From an uncultured Methanosarcinales archaeon (GTDB lineage: Archaea > Halobacteriota > Methanosarcinia > Methanotrichales > Methanotrichaceae): a DNA stretch of 64,000 bases. Positions within the stretch are counted from its first letter, which is position 1. Every line of letters starts with the position of its first letter. The notes under the pieces are model-generated. The model did not search any database, was not told where the DNA came from, and saw only the letters and a list, made by a program, of their open reading frames with translations. Shown here piece after piece: positions 38,856-48,885 of the stretch. The stretch is taken from assembly GCA_963843555.1 (NCBI GenBank), contig CAWJKV010000007.1, positions 128,001-192,000 on the forward strand. The letters run 5' to 3'. The translations under genes were made by a program, and so were the position numbers.

Positions 38856-40022
38856 CTACCCGAGACGCAGACCCTCGGCTTCGAGCCCTCCTCCAGTGGG
38901 AAGCTTGCTCCAGCTCTTTCGGGCCCACTCTTCCTTGAGGACTTCAACCGCTGCTTGCTCCAGGAATTCCGGTCGTGCCCACTTATCCACATCGTAGTCG
39001 TTCTTGATGTAGCCGTGGCTGAGCATGAAATCCTTACCGATCTTAATGCACTGCATGTTCTGCGCACTGAGGCTTGGCACCATGTCGACGTGCTTGATGC
39101 CCTCATACGTATCCTCAGCGTCCAGGTAGAAGGTCTGTCGGTTGAGGATCGCTGCAGCGGCGTGCTTGTGCTCGTTGGCCCAGCGTCCGACCTTGATCAT
39201 GGCCTTCATGTAGGCGATGACGAGCTCGGGATGCTCATTCGCCATCACGTCGGTGCAGGTGATGACGGCAGGGGTATTGGCAACCTGTACAGTGAAGTCC
39301 GGGTACCTTGACAGGTCCTCGATCATCTTGATCTGCCCTGTCGCCTCCTGAAGATGCTGGAAAACCTTGCTCTGGGTATAGATGGCATCGACGACGCCAC
39401 CAAGCAGCGCCTTCTCCAACGGGCGGAAGGCCAGGTCGTGCTTGTGGTCGCGGCGCATCCACAGCTCAGACGGATTGTTCATCGGCGGTACCAGCATCTC
39501 GGGCTTGTCATACCAGTCATCTGGGTAGGGGAACTCCACGAGCTCGATATCGTCCATGGTCATATCGTTCAGCCTCAGCATATTCTCGATGCCCATATGT
39601 TCCTGGATGCGCCACCAGTCGTTCTTGATGGTGTTGAGGCTCTTCGAGATGCCGATCTTCTTGCCTTTCAGGTCCTTCATCCGGAAAATGTTGTCGCGGG
39701 CGCGCACCGCCATACAACCGCCTTCGTATACCCACGTCGCTCCCAGTAGCACTGTTCGGCGGATGTCCGCATGAACATGGATTGGTGGATACAGGCCGCC
39801 GAAGCGGATGAGGTTGTCGAGGTTGTGGATGTAATGCGGGTACCAATTGTTCTCGGGGGCATGGCGGAAGTAGGCGTACTCAACGCCGATCTTCTTGAAC
39901 TCCTCCCGGCACCACCCCAGCTCCTGATCAACGTTGTTGGCGGACACCATTGGGCAGTTGGTGAACCACACCTCTTTCCAGTTTAATGGTACTGTTGTCG
40001 ATACTCTTTGCACATCTGCCAT
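38856..40022 (-). CDS. DszB-like desulfinase / SsuA-type binding-fold protein
   Basis: FTNCPMVS, PHYIHN, LIRFGGLYPP resemble DszB Cys/His/Arg catalytic segments; DLKGKKIG; no signal peptide. Confidence 0.7.
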   Translation of the reverse strand: MADVQRVSTTVPLNWKEVWFTNCPMVSANNVDQELGWCREEFKKIGVEYAYFRHAPENNWYPHYIHNLDNLIRFGGLYPPIHVHADIRRTVLLGATWVYEGGCMAVRARDNIFRMKDLKGKKIGISKSLNTIKNDWWRIQEHMGIENMLRLNDMTMDDIELVEFPYPDDWYDKPEMLVPPMNNPSELWMRRDHKHDLAFRPLEKALLGGVVDAIYTQSKVFQHLQEATGQIKMIEDLSRYPDFTVQVANTPAVITCTDVMANEHPELVIAYMKAMIKVGRWANEHKHAAAAILNRQTFYLDAEDTYEGIKHVDMVPSLSAQNMQCIKIGKDFMLSHGYIKNDYDVDKWARPEFLEQAAVEVLKEEWARKSWSKLPTGGGLEAEGLRLG

Positions 40023-40066
40023 AATTCATCTTCTCCTTTTATCTATTCTTTGGGTCTCAATTTTTT

Positions 40067-41806
40067 TTAATCTAAAGAACCAGGTACTATCTTCTCCTTC
40101 ATCAGCACTGAACGTGCCAGCATGCCCCCGGAGATGTTCTTGGCTTTGAAACCATTCTGCAGAAGTATGCGCGTCGCATAGTAGGCGCGCTGGCCGGAGC
40201 GGCAAAATACCAGTATATCGCGGTCTTTGGGCAGTTCGCCAAGGCGCATTCGGAGTTCATCCAGCGGTATGTTGCATGCGCCCGGCACATTCTCTACGGT
40301 GATCTCCTCGGGATGACGCACATCGAGCAGGAACCCGTCCTCTCCGGAATTCCAGTGGCGAAGCGGCATATCTCCCCGGAGTACATCGGCTGCAACCATC
40401 CCGGCGAAGTTAATGGCAGACTTGGCCATTCCGAACTGGGGCGCATAGCAAAGCTCAGATTCTTCCAGGTCATAAACCGTCAAGCCCATCTGGATGGCCA
40501 TGGCAATGACATCGATCCGTTTGTCCACTCCCTCCAGACCCAGTGCCTGTGCCCCGAGAACGCGTCCGTCTGATTTCCGGAAAATCACTTTCATCGCCAC
40601 CATCTTAGCATCCGGGTAATACCCTGCATGGGCATTGGGGAAGATGTAGATCTTTTCATAGTCCTTCTGGCCGAGCCGGATGAGCTGATTTTCGCTAATT
40701 CCTGTCCAGGCCACTGCACCTTCAAATACTCCGACGATTGAGGTTCCCTGGCTTCCGCGGAAACGGGAGTCACGCCCTGAGATCACATCGGCAGCGATTC
40801 GGCCCTCCCGGTTTGCCGGGCCTGCCAGCGGGATCAAAGACGATTCACCAGTCACAAAATCTTTGATCTCAACTGCGTCTCCAACAGCAAAAATGTCCGG
40901 ATTGCTGGTGCGCATGTGTTCATCCACGAGTATTCCTCCACGCTCACCGATTGTGATTCCGGCCATCTTTGCAAGGGCAGTCTCCGGACGCACGCCAATT
41001 GCCAGTATCACAATATCCGCAGGATGGGCCTTGCCGGATTTTGTGAGAACCTGGAGCGATCCGTCAGGAGATTTCTGGAATCCTGCGGCCCCATCGTTGA
41101 GTGCGAGCCGAACACCGTTCTTCTGAAGGTATCGATCAACGAAGCGCGACATCTCCGGATCAAGCCGCGGCAAGAGCTGCTCATGCTTATGGACAATCGT
41201 CACCTCAAGCCCTTGATGCATCAAGTTTTCAGCCATCTCGATGCCGATGAACCCTCCACCGATCACCACCCCGCGCATTGGTCTCTTCACTACCTGATAT
41301 CCAGTGTACGAATTCATCCCGGCTTGTTCCTGTTTATATTGTTCAATCCAGGCGCGTATCTCCCGAGCATCAGGCACGTACCTCACCCTAAAGATTCCCG
41401 GAAGATCGATACCGGGCAAATCCGGACGGACCGGAGCAGCACCGGGAGCCAATACGAGCTTATCATAGGATTCAGTGCTAACTTCGCCGGTCTTGACATT
41501 CTTCAGCTGCACTGTTTTCTGCGCTGCCGAGATCCCGACCACCTCACAGAGTGTCCGCACATCAATGGAAAACTGCTCATGGAACAGCTTTTCATCGGCT
41601 ACCAGGAGGCTTGATTCTTTTTCGATCACCCCTCCGCAATAGTAGGGCAATCCGCAATTGGCGAACGAAACATAGGTCCCTCGTTCCACCATGAGGATTT
41701 CTGCATTCTCATCCAGCCTGCGCAATCGTGCCGCACACGACGCACCACCGGCCACTCCGCCAACTATGACTACCTTCTTTCCCGTCTTCTTACCAACTGG
41801 TTCCAT
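40067..41806 (-). CDS. CoA-disulfide/persulfide reductase with C-terminal rhodanese (CoADR-RHD/Npsr type)
   Basis: GGVAGGASCAARLRR, SFANCGLPY, GGGFIGIE, LCYAPQ, FCRSGQRAY. Confidence 0.9.
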   Translation of the reverse strand: MEPVGKKTGKKVVIVGGVAGGASCAARLRRLDENAEILMVERGTYVSFANCGLPYYCGGVIEKESSLLVADEKLFHEQFSIDVRTLCEVVGISAAQKTVQLKNVKTGEVSTESYDKLVLAPGAAPVRPDLPGIDLPGIFRVRYVPDAREIRAWIEQYKQEQAGMNSYTGYQVVKRPMRGVVIGGGFIGIEMAENLMHQGLEVTIVHKHEQLLPRLDPEMSRFVDRYLQKNGVRLALNDGAAGFQKSPDGSLQVLTKSGKAHPADIVILAIGVRPETALAKMAGITIGERGGILVDEHMRTSNPDIFAVGDAVEIKDFVTGESSLIPLAGPANREGRIAADVISGRDSRFRGSQGTSIVGVFEGAVAWTGISENQLIRLGQKDYEKIYIFPNAHAGYYPDAKMVAMKVIFRKSDGRVLGAQALGLEGVDKRIDVIAMAIQMGLTVYDLEESELCYAPQFGMAKSAINFAGMVAADVLRGDMPLRHWNSGEDGFLLDVRHPEEITVENVPGACNIPLDELRMRLGELPKDRDILVFCRSGQRAYYATRILLQNGFKAKNISGGMLARSVLMKEKIVPGSLD

Positions 41807-41820
41807 GGTTGATCCCTCCT

Positions 41821-42867
41821 TTAGACCTCATTAAACTGGATGATCACTTTGATGTCGCCGGGTTGTCTCACGAGAGCCTGCTGGAAATTCTCCGGCTTCT
41901 CACGGCGGGTGATCAGGCGGTTCAGCCATGTCCGGTCCGATGCAGCCAGATTCTGACCCGCTCTATACCAGTGACGCTTGTTTGCATTCACGCTGCCGAC
42001 AATCAGGTTATTCTTCAGGACCACTGCTTTTGCGATGTCGCCCACAGCCCGACTTTGGACGCCGCCGGAGCCGACGCCCGTGAGACAGATGATCCCGCCC
42101 GATGCAACTTTCTGGATCGCGTCCCCAATCACCGATCCCACACCGGTGCACTCGACGATGATATCTGGATCGAAATCCAGATCCAGGACACTCCCGGTAT
42201 GATACGTCGCCCCCAGGGCATTGACGAGATCTGGCTTTGGTCCGGTGTCATTGCGATCGAGCACGTGGACATCAATGTTATTCGCTTTCAAACGGAGCGT
42301 CGCCAACATACCAATCGGCCCTGCGCCGGTCACCAGCGCGGTCCTGGGCTCCCAGAAGGCGCGTTGGCCAGCTCGTAAGACCTGTTCCAATGCCTTGGTG
42401 ATCACCGTCATCGGTTCGAGCAGCACGCCGAGGATGCCCAGGGAAGAGTCCACCTTGATGGCGTATTCGGGTTCGATCCGCCAGCGTTCCGACATAAATC
42501 CGTGGATTTCTTTGATTCCGCGCTCGGTGTACTGGCCGTTGGTGCACATGTCCCACTCGCCCACCGCACAGTTGGGGCAGGGAACAGGGTCCGGACGGCG
42601 GACGATGCCGACCACCAGGTCGCCCTTTTTGAAAGAACTGCGTGGCCCCGGATCGATGACGCGGCCGAGGGACTCGTGACCCAGCACCAGCCGGGACTTT
42701 CCAGGCGGCGCCCAGCCGTAATTCCCCGAGACGATGTCGACGTCCGTCCCGCAGACGCCGACAGCCACGGCTTCAACAAGGATCGAGCCCTCACTCTCAT
42801 CGGGCTCCGGGAAATCCTCGTAGCGTGCTGACCCTGGCTTCATAGGTTCTACAGTGATTGCTTTCAT
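41821..42867 (-). CDS. gdh: Zn-dependent glucose 1-dehydrogenase
   Basis: GVCGTD, LGHESLG, VRRPDPVPCPNC...DMCTNG.YTERGI, GAGPIG, GSVNA. Confidence 0.88.
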   Translation of the reverse strand: MKAITVEPMKPGSARYEDFPEPDESEGSILVEAVAVGVCGTDVDIVSGNYGWAPPGKSRLVLGHESLGRVIDPGPRSSFKKGDLVVGIVRRPDPVPCPNCAVGEWDMCTNGQYTERGIKEIHGFMSERWRIEPEYAIKVDSSLGILGVLLEPMTVITKALEQVLRAGQRAFWEPRTALVTGAGPIGMLATLRLKANNIDVHVLDRNDTGPKPDLVNALGATYHTGSVLDLDFDPDIIVECTGVGSVIGDAIQKVASGGIICLTGVGSGGVQSRAVGDIAKAVVLKNNLIVGSVNANKRHWYRAGQNLAASDRTWLNRLITRREKPENFQQALVRQPGDIKVIIQFNEV

Positions 42868-42920
42868 TCATGTAATCTCCTTGCACTTAACTAATCGAAT
42901 TGTTTTGCTTGCAGATTGTT

Positions 42921-44027
42921 TCAAGCACTTGATAGTTGGATACAAACCGGCGTTGGCACTGCGGCCACGTGCCCGGTTGCCTGCAGCATCCCGGAATCCT
43001 GATCGATCCAGAATGTGACCACGGTGTCCGTATCCTGGTTTGCCACAAGCATCAGTGCACCTGATGGATCGATGATGAAAGCGCGGGGACCTGCTCCCTG
43101 CGTCAATTCATGCCCGACAACCGACAACAGGCCGGTCTCGGGGTCGACGGCATAGATCACCAGGCTATCATGCCCCCGATTTGAGGCGTAGACAAAGCGA
43201 CCGGAAGGCGCAACCATGATCTCCCCGCCCAGGTTCTGGCCTGTGAAGTCGTAGGGGATGGTGGAAATGGTCTGTAACGCCTCAAATGTGCCCTGATGCT
43301 CCTGGTAGCGGCAAACTGTGACCGTGGATTGTAGTTCGCTGATGACGTAGGCGAAGGGTCGGTGTGGATGAAATGCCAGATGGCGCGGGCCTGTGCCGGG
43401 CGGCAGCTCTGTCCAGGGAGGATCGGCAGGGCTTAGCGTGCCCCGCTCCCTATCGAGGCAAAACGCCATCAGCCTGTCCGTGCCCAGGTCAACCGCCAGT
43501 ATGAAGCCGCCATCGGGGCTTGGCACAACCATATGGGCATGCGGGCTTTCCTGACGTTCGGGATTGGGCCCGGAACCGGAAAACTGAACTGTATCGGTTG
43601 CCTCTCCCAGGCTCCCGTCCTTTAGGATCGGCAAAACGCATATGTTGCCTGTCTCATAGTTGGCCACCAGGCAATAGCGTCCTGCAGGATCAATGCTTGC
43701 GTAGCAGGGAGCCGTGCCATGGGTTGATTGTTCATTCAGGTAGCTCAGATGCCCTGTTACCGGATCGATGGCAAAGACGCTCAAAGTCCCGTTAGGGGCT
43801 TCGCTTTTATAGAATTCGTTGACGGCGTACAGACGGTTTCTGTCCGGCCCCAGGATCAGAAACGAGGGATTGACCGTTCCGGCACCGGCTACAGTGGCGG
43901 CGTAGGTCAACTCACCTGAACTCAGATCCAGGTGATAGATGTAGATACCTTCGGCTTTGCCGTCAACAAATGACTCGCGCCGTGTATATGTTCCAATGTA
44001 GGTGATGATGCGATCTGAACTTACCAT
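42921..44027 (-). CDS. pgl: 6-phosphogluconolactonase (beta-propeller, YbhE type)
   Basis: YIGTYT, ANYETG, RQESPHAH, GPRHLAFHP, YASNRGHDS. Confidence 0.88.
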   Translation of the reverse strand: MVSSDRIITYIGTYTRRESFVDGKAEGIYIYHLDLSSGELTYAATVAGAGTVNPSFLILGPDRNRLYAVNEFYKSEAPNGTLSVFAIDPVTGHLSYLNEQSTHGTAPCYASIDPAGRYCLVANYETGNICVLPILKDGSLGEATDTVQFSGSGPNPERQESPHAHMVVPSPDGGFILAVDLGTDRLMAFCLDRERGTLSPADPPWTELPPGTGPRHLAFHPHRPFAYVISELQSTVTVCRYQEHQGTFEALQTISTIPYDFTGQNLGGEIMVAPSGRFVYASNRGHDSLVIYAVDPETGLLSVVGHELTQGAGPRAFIIDPSGALMLVANQDTDTVVTFWIDQDSGMLQATGHVAAVPTPVCIQLSSA

Positions 44028-44073
44028 ATCTGCAGCCTCCTTATGAAGAATTGCATATGAATCTAATCAGGAA

Positions 44074-45009
44074 TCAGATGGGGTGAATCCTGCTCGTTCT
44101 CCTCTCATTGGCTATGTATTCGGACTTTCCATATGGATGTCCGCCAAATCCATGGCGAATTATGGCTATTGCTCTGGCTGCATCGCTATCCTTATTTCTG
44201 GACCTGAAAAGCTCAATGACCGATTGGGTAATTACCGGCAGAGGAATCTCTTTTTCGATACCTTCCTGAACCAGCCAGTTGACCTCTCCTGTGTCCTCGA
44301 TGTAGTCAGGAACTTCTTTAAGATCCTTGAAGTCTCCCAGACCCTTTTCCATCAACTCCACCAGCCAGCTCCTTATAACTGATCCATGTGACCAGACTCC
44401 AAAGATGTCACGCATATTCAGGTCGAAATCGGCGTGTTGCAGAAGCTCTACCCCTTCGCCTATGGCCTGAAGCATTCCAAACTCAATTCCGTTGTGCACC
44501 AGCTTAACAAAATGCCCGCTCCCCGGTTTTCCCGTGTGCAGATAACCTCCTTCAACTGCCAGAGCCTTCAAGATCGGCTCGCAGATCACAGCTGCTTCGG
44601 GCCTTCCACCAATCATGAAACAGGCTCCGTGACGTGCACCATCAATTCCACCACTGGTGCCGCAATCAACGAAATAGATACCTTGCTTCGAGATCTCCTC
44701 TTCTCTGCGGATGGAATCTTTGTAGTAGGAGTTGCCTCCATCCAGGATGACATCACCTTTCTCCAGGTGGGGAATTAGCTCTTTCAAAACCAGGTCAACT
44801 GTAGGTCCTGCTGGAAGAGATAGAAATATGACTCTAGGGTGGCTTAAATTTGCCAAAAAATTTGTGTAATCCTCTACTACTAATACCCCATTTTGGGTCA
44901 ATTCAGGCTTTTGTCCCCTCGCCTTTCCCACGATCTTGATGCCCTTTTCCACACCGTGGAGGGCGATGTTCGCACCCATTTTGCCAAGACCGATAATTCC
45001 AAGTTCCAT
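44074..45009 (-). CDS. gnd: Short-type decarboxylating 6-phosphogluconate dehydrogenase (YqeC-like)
   Basis: GLGKMG, ILDGGNS, DCGTSGG, GHFVKLVHNGIEFG, RHGFGGH. Confidence 0.9.
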   Translation of the reverse strand: MELGIIGLGKMGANIALHGVEKGIKIVGKARGQKPELTQNGVLVVEDYTNFLANLSHPRVIFLSLPAGPTVDLVLKELIPHLEKGDVILDGGNSYYKDSIRREEEISKQGIYFVDCGTSGGIDGARHGACFMIGGRPEAAVICEPILKALAVEGGYLHTGKPGSGHFVKLVHNGIEFGMLQAIGEGVELLQHADFDLNMRDIFGVWSHGSVIRSWLVELMEKGLGDFKDLKEVPDYIEDTGEVNWLVQEGIEKEIPLPVITQSVIELFRSRNKDSDAARAIAIIRHGFGGHPYGKSEYIANERRTSRIHPI

Positions 45010-45051
45010 CTCCAGTACATCCAGATATTATCAAATGTTGATATTTCTGGT

Positions 45052-45100
45052 AATTTATAGATATTTGAGATGCAATCATAAAAGTATGAATAGTTATGAA
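45052..45100 (-). promoter_or_regulatory. 49-bp conserved promoter element, copy 12 (gnd operon)
   Basis: Minus strand TTCATAACTATTCATACTTTTATGATTGCATCTCAAATATCTATAAATT. Confidence 0.88.
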
Positions 45101-45209
45101 GGCTCCAACGCTCCTGGGAGACAGGCTCATTGGGGCTGGCTTTATTGGTTTCCAAAGACCGCTGGAATCACCATCATACGGCAAAGACATCCGCGATTTC
45201 GTTAATTAG

Positions 45210-45830
45210 CTATGCCTCCTTATCGCCAGTGAGATGGGGAGAGAAAGAGTAGTATAATTGCGCCGCAATATACCCGGCAAGAGCGATCTTTGGAGAGATT
45301 AATGCAAGGATCATTGCAAAGCCAGTAATAGCGGCGGCAAATTGCCGCCTCCTCTTCAAAGCATTAAGCTCGCCTCTTGCCGATTCATCGACGAGGATAT
45401 GGGGAGTGGTGACTGCTGAACGTATGATTGTGTTCATCATAGCCGATGCCGCCAGTAGATTTAAACCGTAGATTACCACCGGGAAAGCTGAATAGAGGCT
45501 ATTGATGTGAGTAGCCATGAACTTCGTAGTGAATGGAAGCAGCGACACGAAGAACAGCATTAAAAGAGTAAATCGGTATGTCCGGGGGGTCTCTTGTTTG
45601 GTCAAATAGGTAATTTCAGAATGCGCCAGCCAAAAGCTACCGATAAATGCAAAGCTAATGATGTACGCGATGAAATCAGGCCATAATGGCATGAGCGCTG
45701 TAATATCTTCGGATACCTCTGGTATAGGAAGATCGAGCACCAGTAATGTGATGACTATTGCAAACACGCCATCGGCGAATGCATCTAAACGACCTTTGGG
45801 CAGGGATTTAATCATTGTTATCAACCTCAC
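45210..45830 (-). CDS. TMEM175 (DUF1211) family channel
   Basis: RLDAFADGVFAIVITLLVLDL, FIAYIISFAFIGSFWLAH, SLLPFTT. Confidence 0.88.
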   Translation of the reverse strand: MRLITMIKSLPKGRLDAFADGVFAIVITLLVLDLPIPEVSEDITALMPLWPDFIAYIISFAFIGSFWLAHSEITYLTKQETPRTYRFTLLMLFFVSLLPFTTKFMATHINSLYSAFPVVIYGLNLLAASAMMNTIIRSAVTTPHILVDESARGELNALKRRRQFAAAITGFAMILALISPKIALAGYIAAQLYYSFSPHLTGDKEA

Positions 45831-45889
45831 ACTAGAACCTGCTTCTTCCTTCTGGCTTTTGCCCTCTCGCCTTTCCCATCTTCATCCCT

Positions 45890-47155
45890 TCATCTATCTT
45901 TTGCATCAGCTCCGGTCGTGACTGTGGCGAACTGCCGTGTCCCTCCGTCGCGGTCCGAGAGGGCGCTGATCAGGATCGTTTCCTCCGGTCTGGGCGTGTC
46001 TGGCAGTTGGACGTGCACGATCACGCTCGCCGATTCGCTGGGATTCAGAACTGGTGTCCGTCCCGGGATAAGGCTGGCTGACCAGGGCGGAGGAGCCGAA
46101 GGCCAGGTGAAGTCCTCGGCCATCAGGGCGTAATCGGTAGGCTGCGTGTCCTGGTTGGTCACCGTGACGCTGTATGATACCACGCTGCCAGGTGATCCCT
46201 GGCCCGTCTGGTTGGCCGGGCTGAGGTCGATCCCAGGATCTGACTGTAGCACGACTTGAGGATCGTCGCCCTGCTCAGGTCCCCACACCTCTCGCCAGGG
46301 ACCCGAATCGGGTTTCAGGTACAGGTCAAAGAAAGTCAACATCTCGCGGCGCGCGATCTCCAATTGTTCCGCACGCGGCAGCGAGCCTGAGTCGCAGAAT
46401 GGGATGTTGCTGTCCAGGAAGCCACAGTGACACCCTCCCTGGATGAGCAATAATTGGCGCGGTGGCCGGGCCACGGTGTACATCGCCTGCGTGTTGGTCT
46501 GCCAGTCCACGATGTCGTCCTGATCGCCCGTAATCAGCCGCACTGGCGCGCTGATGTTCGGCATTTGGGCGATGGCCGAGGGATTGGTCTCGGCAGCAGC
46601 CAGCGTGATCAGAGCCCGCACGCGCGAGTCGGCTGCCGCGGCCAGGATGCTCGAGCCGCCGCCCATCGAATGACCGGCTATGCCAAAATGGGCGGTGTCC
46701 ACCTGCCCGAAGAGCCATGAATCGGGATTCGCGTTCTCCGACTCCAAAAAGTCAAGGCTGTAGCGAAAGTCTTCTGCGAATCCCTGGTGGCTGGGGAACA
46801 AGAAGGTCATGTACGACATGGGAGCGATCACCAGGTAGCCATGGGATGCCAGGTGTTCCAAGGTGCTGCGGTAGGAGTTCGGATGCACCGTGAAGCCGTG
46901 GCCGAAGGTTACAGCCGGATAGGGTGCGCTGCTGCCATTGTACGGCGCGCCGTCGCCTGCGGTCGTGGCGGGATAGTACAACTGGGATGTGAAGGTCTGG
47001 CCGTTGGGGCGGAGAATGGTCACGACCTGAAGGCCAGCGCCAAAGGGACCTGGATCGGCCAGATCGGCGTCTACGGCTGTGCTCTGCCCCAGCACCCCCA
47101 GCAGCAAGGTGAGCAAGCAGGTCGTAGAAATCCAAACCGAGTTGTGCGTGGACAT
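45890..47155 (-). CDS. Secreted alpha/beta hydrolase (chlorophyllase/cutinase/DLH-like) with C-terminal Ig-like domain
   Basis: Signal peptide, FGHGF, HLASHGY, GHSMGGG nucleophile elbow, TGDQD, GGCHCGF. Confidence 0.85.
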   Translation of the reverse strand: MSTHNSVWISTTCLLTLLLGVLGQSTAVDADLADPGPFGAGLQVVTILRPNGQTFTSQLYYPATTAGDGAPYNGSSAPYPAVTFGHGFTVHPNSYRSTLEHLASHGYLVIAPMSYMTFLFPSHQGFAEDFRYSLDFLESENANPDSWLFGQVDTAHFGIAGHSMGGGSSILAAAADSRVRALITLAAAETNPSAIAQMPNISAPVRLITGDQDDIVDWQTNTQAMYTVARPPRQLLLIQGGCHCGFLDSNIPFCDSGSLPRAEQLEIARREMLTFFDLYLKPDSGPWREVWGPEQGDDPQVVLQSDPGIDLSPANQTGQGSPGSVVSYSVTVTNQDTQPTDYALMAEDFTWPSAPPPWSASLIPGRTPVLNPSESASVIVHVQLPDTPRPEETILISALSDRDGGTRQFATVTTGADAKDR

Positions 47156-47410
47156 GGAGTCACCTAGAACTTGTTATTGAAGGCAGTAAAGACCAGATTT
47201 GATACTGGAAGTACTTCAGAGCTATTCTGACTTGCATTGTCATGACTGGTTGGTTTAGTGAATTGGTACTTAATGGATTCTCTTGCGAGAGGGATTTGGC
47301 GGATAAAGTAGTCTTGCCGAGGTTATCTCTGACAAACTCGTCAAAGCTGGACATGCCAATGTTAATGAAGGATCGCCCATGAAGTTGTATGAAGAGCTAA
47401 ACGCGAATCT

Positions 47411-48469
47411 TCAAAATCCGGACAATGATGTTGTCATCAACTCTTGGTCCCCCTTTACGCTCACCTGAATGGAAGAGCTTCGTTTTAACATCTCCTTCAT
47501 CCAAATAGAATCCTTCACCATGCCTGCCCTGCTTACCGGATCATAATACTCAAACGACCACGATCCATTATTCTGGGAGGCATTTACGGCTACAGCGCAA
47601 GCCCTCCACCGGAAAAGCACAACCTTTGGGTCAGAATCAGCGAGATGCAAAGCCTCTTTCAGATCCGAAGCTGAATTTGGATCTCCAGAGTCCCGTTCTA
47701 CATGCAGTCGAGGGTAAGAAGCAATGTATGACATATTGTTGCTGAGAGAGTTGTAGCTATAGACCTGGAAACTGCTTTCATTCTTGTTCAGAATATTCCA
47801 TTGAAAAAGGCTCCAATCGGGAAAGATCTCAAAATCTCCTTTAAGGTTTCCCGCAATATTTCCATGATTTTCGAGAGCAAGAGCCCTCTCTTTTCCCTCC
47901 ACTCGCGCGCCTCCGACCACCAATATCATGATCAGAAACAGCACTAAGAGCTTGTTATTTGTGTTTCGGGAAACGGATTTCCTTCCAAAGAAACCTCTGA
48001 TTAACCACAGGGCTATGCACACGCTGGACACCAAGATTATGATCTCATAATGGAAGAGCAGCTCCGCTGAGAATCTTGCTGTATCCAAGGGATAAAGCAG
48101 GGGCACTCCCTTAGTGATGAGATAATCCAGGAATAGGTGCATAAGGACTCCGGCGAACGCCAGAGCTGCCACTGGCCAGGAGAGGCTGAAATCAATTCCA
48201 GTCCAGCGCATGAAGATGTCTCTGGCCGGTGGTCGCGAGATCAGGAGCATAGCTACCAGAGCTGTCAAGGAACCGAATATCAATGAATGGGTTATCCCCC
48301 GATGTACCAGGAGAAGATCTGGCGAGGGAAAGATTATTGCGAGCCAGATGATGAAGACATCCAGGTCCGGGGCCACTCCTCCGATTACAAAGGCCGCTAG
48401 CAGCTTTCTATCCAACTTGAAGGAGCTTCCCAAAAGATACGGCAACACCGCATGAGAAATTATGTCCAT
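47411..48469 (-). CDS. Membrane-bound metal-dependent hydrolase (YdjM-like)
   Basis: MDIISHA, APDLD, HRGITHSL, HLFLDY. Confidence 0.85.
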   Translation of the reverse strand: MDIISHAVLPYLLGSSFKLDRKLLAAFVIGGVAPDLDVFIIWLAIIFPSPDLLLVHRGITHSLIFGSLTALVAMLLISRPPARDIFMRWTGIDFSLSWPVAALAFAGVLMHLFLDYLITKGVPLLYPLDTARFSAELLFHYEIIILVSSVCIALWLIRGFFGRKSVSRNTNNKLLVLFLIMILVVGGARVEGKERALALENHGNIAGNLKGDFEIFPDWSLFQWNILNKNESSFQVYSYNSLSNNMSYIASYPRLHVERDSGDPNSASDLKEALHLADSDPKVVLFRWRACAVAVNASQNNGSWSFEYYDPVSRAGMVKDSIWMKEMLKRSSSIQVSVKGDQELMTTSLSGF

Positions 48470-48885
48470 TCAATTCTCTGGGCTTGATATCTCTTAATCA
48501 TTCATTTTCCGATTGATGGATTAATTTCCGCTATACCTTTCAAATAACATCTTGGATACATATAAATGCTTTGCAGTAGCAGTCAACTTTTCGGCATCCA
48601 CTTGAATCGCTTCCTATGACTTGGCCGGGGACTGGCTCGCTTCACGCAAAAGTCGTCACTTATGTCAAGCGGTCACGGCTCGTTTAAGCCTTTCTAATGC
48701 GAATACTGTCGCTTAAAAGGAGATGATGGTCCAAGTAAAATCCCTCATTTGAGTTTTTCGAAACATTTATTTACCATTACTCAGATACCCAAACTCTAGC
48801 ATTATCGTCAGATTGGCAAGCAATCAACTGGATAGACTGAGGGAATATGCGACGAAAACGGTTTCTGAGATGGAGTTGAATCGCG

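Noticed and set aside
38856..40022. Part of an ABC sulfonate importer
   Set aside because: No signal or lipoprotein peptide and no permease or ATPase genes nearby
6579..45205. Short ORFs sharing YRYLR..HKSM.SYE or FIT.HTFM peptides (6579-6770, 8468-9004, 17418-17648, 44903-45190, 44936-45205)
   Set aside because: These are translations of the DNA element; they appear on both strands with unrelated flanks and no consistent start or stop
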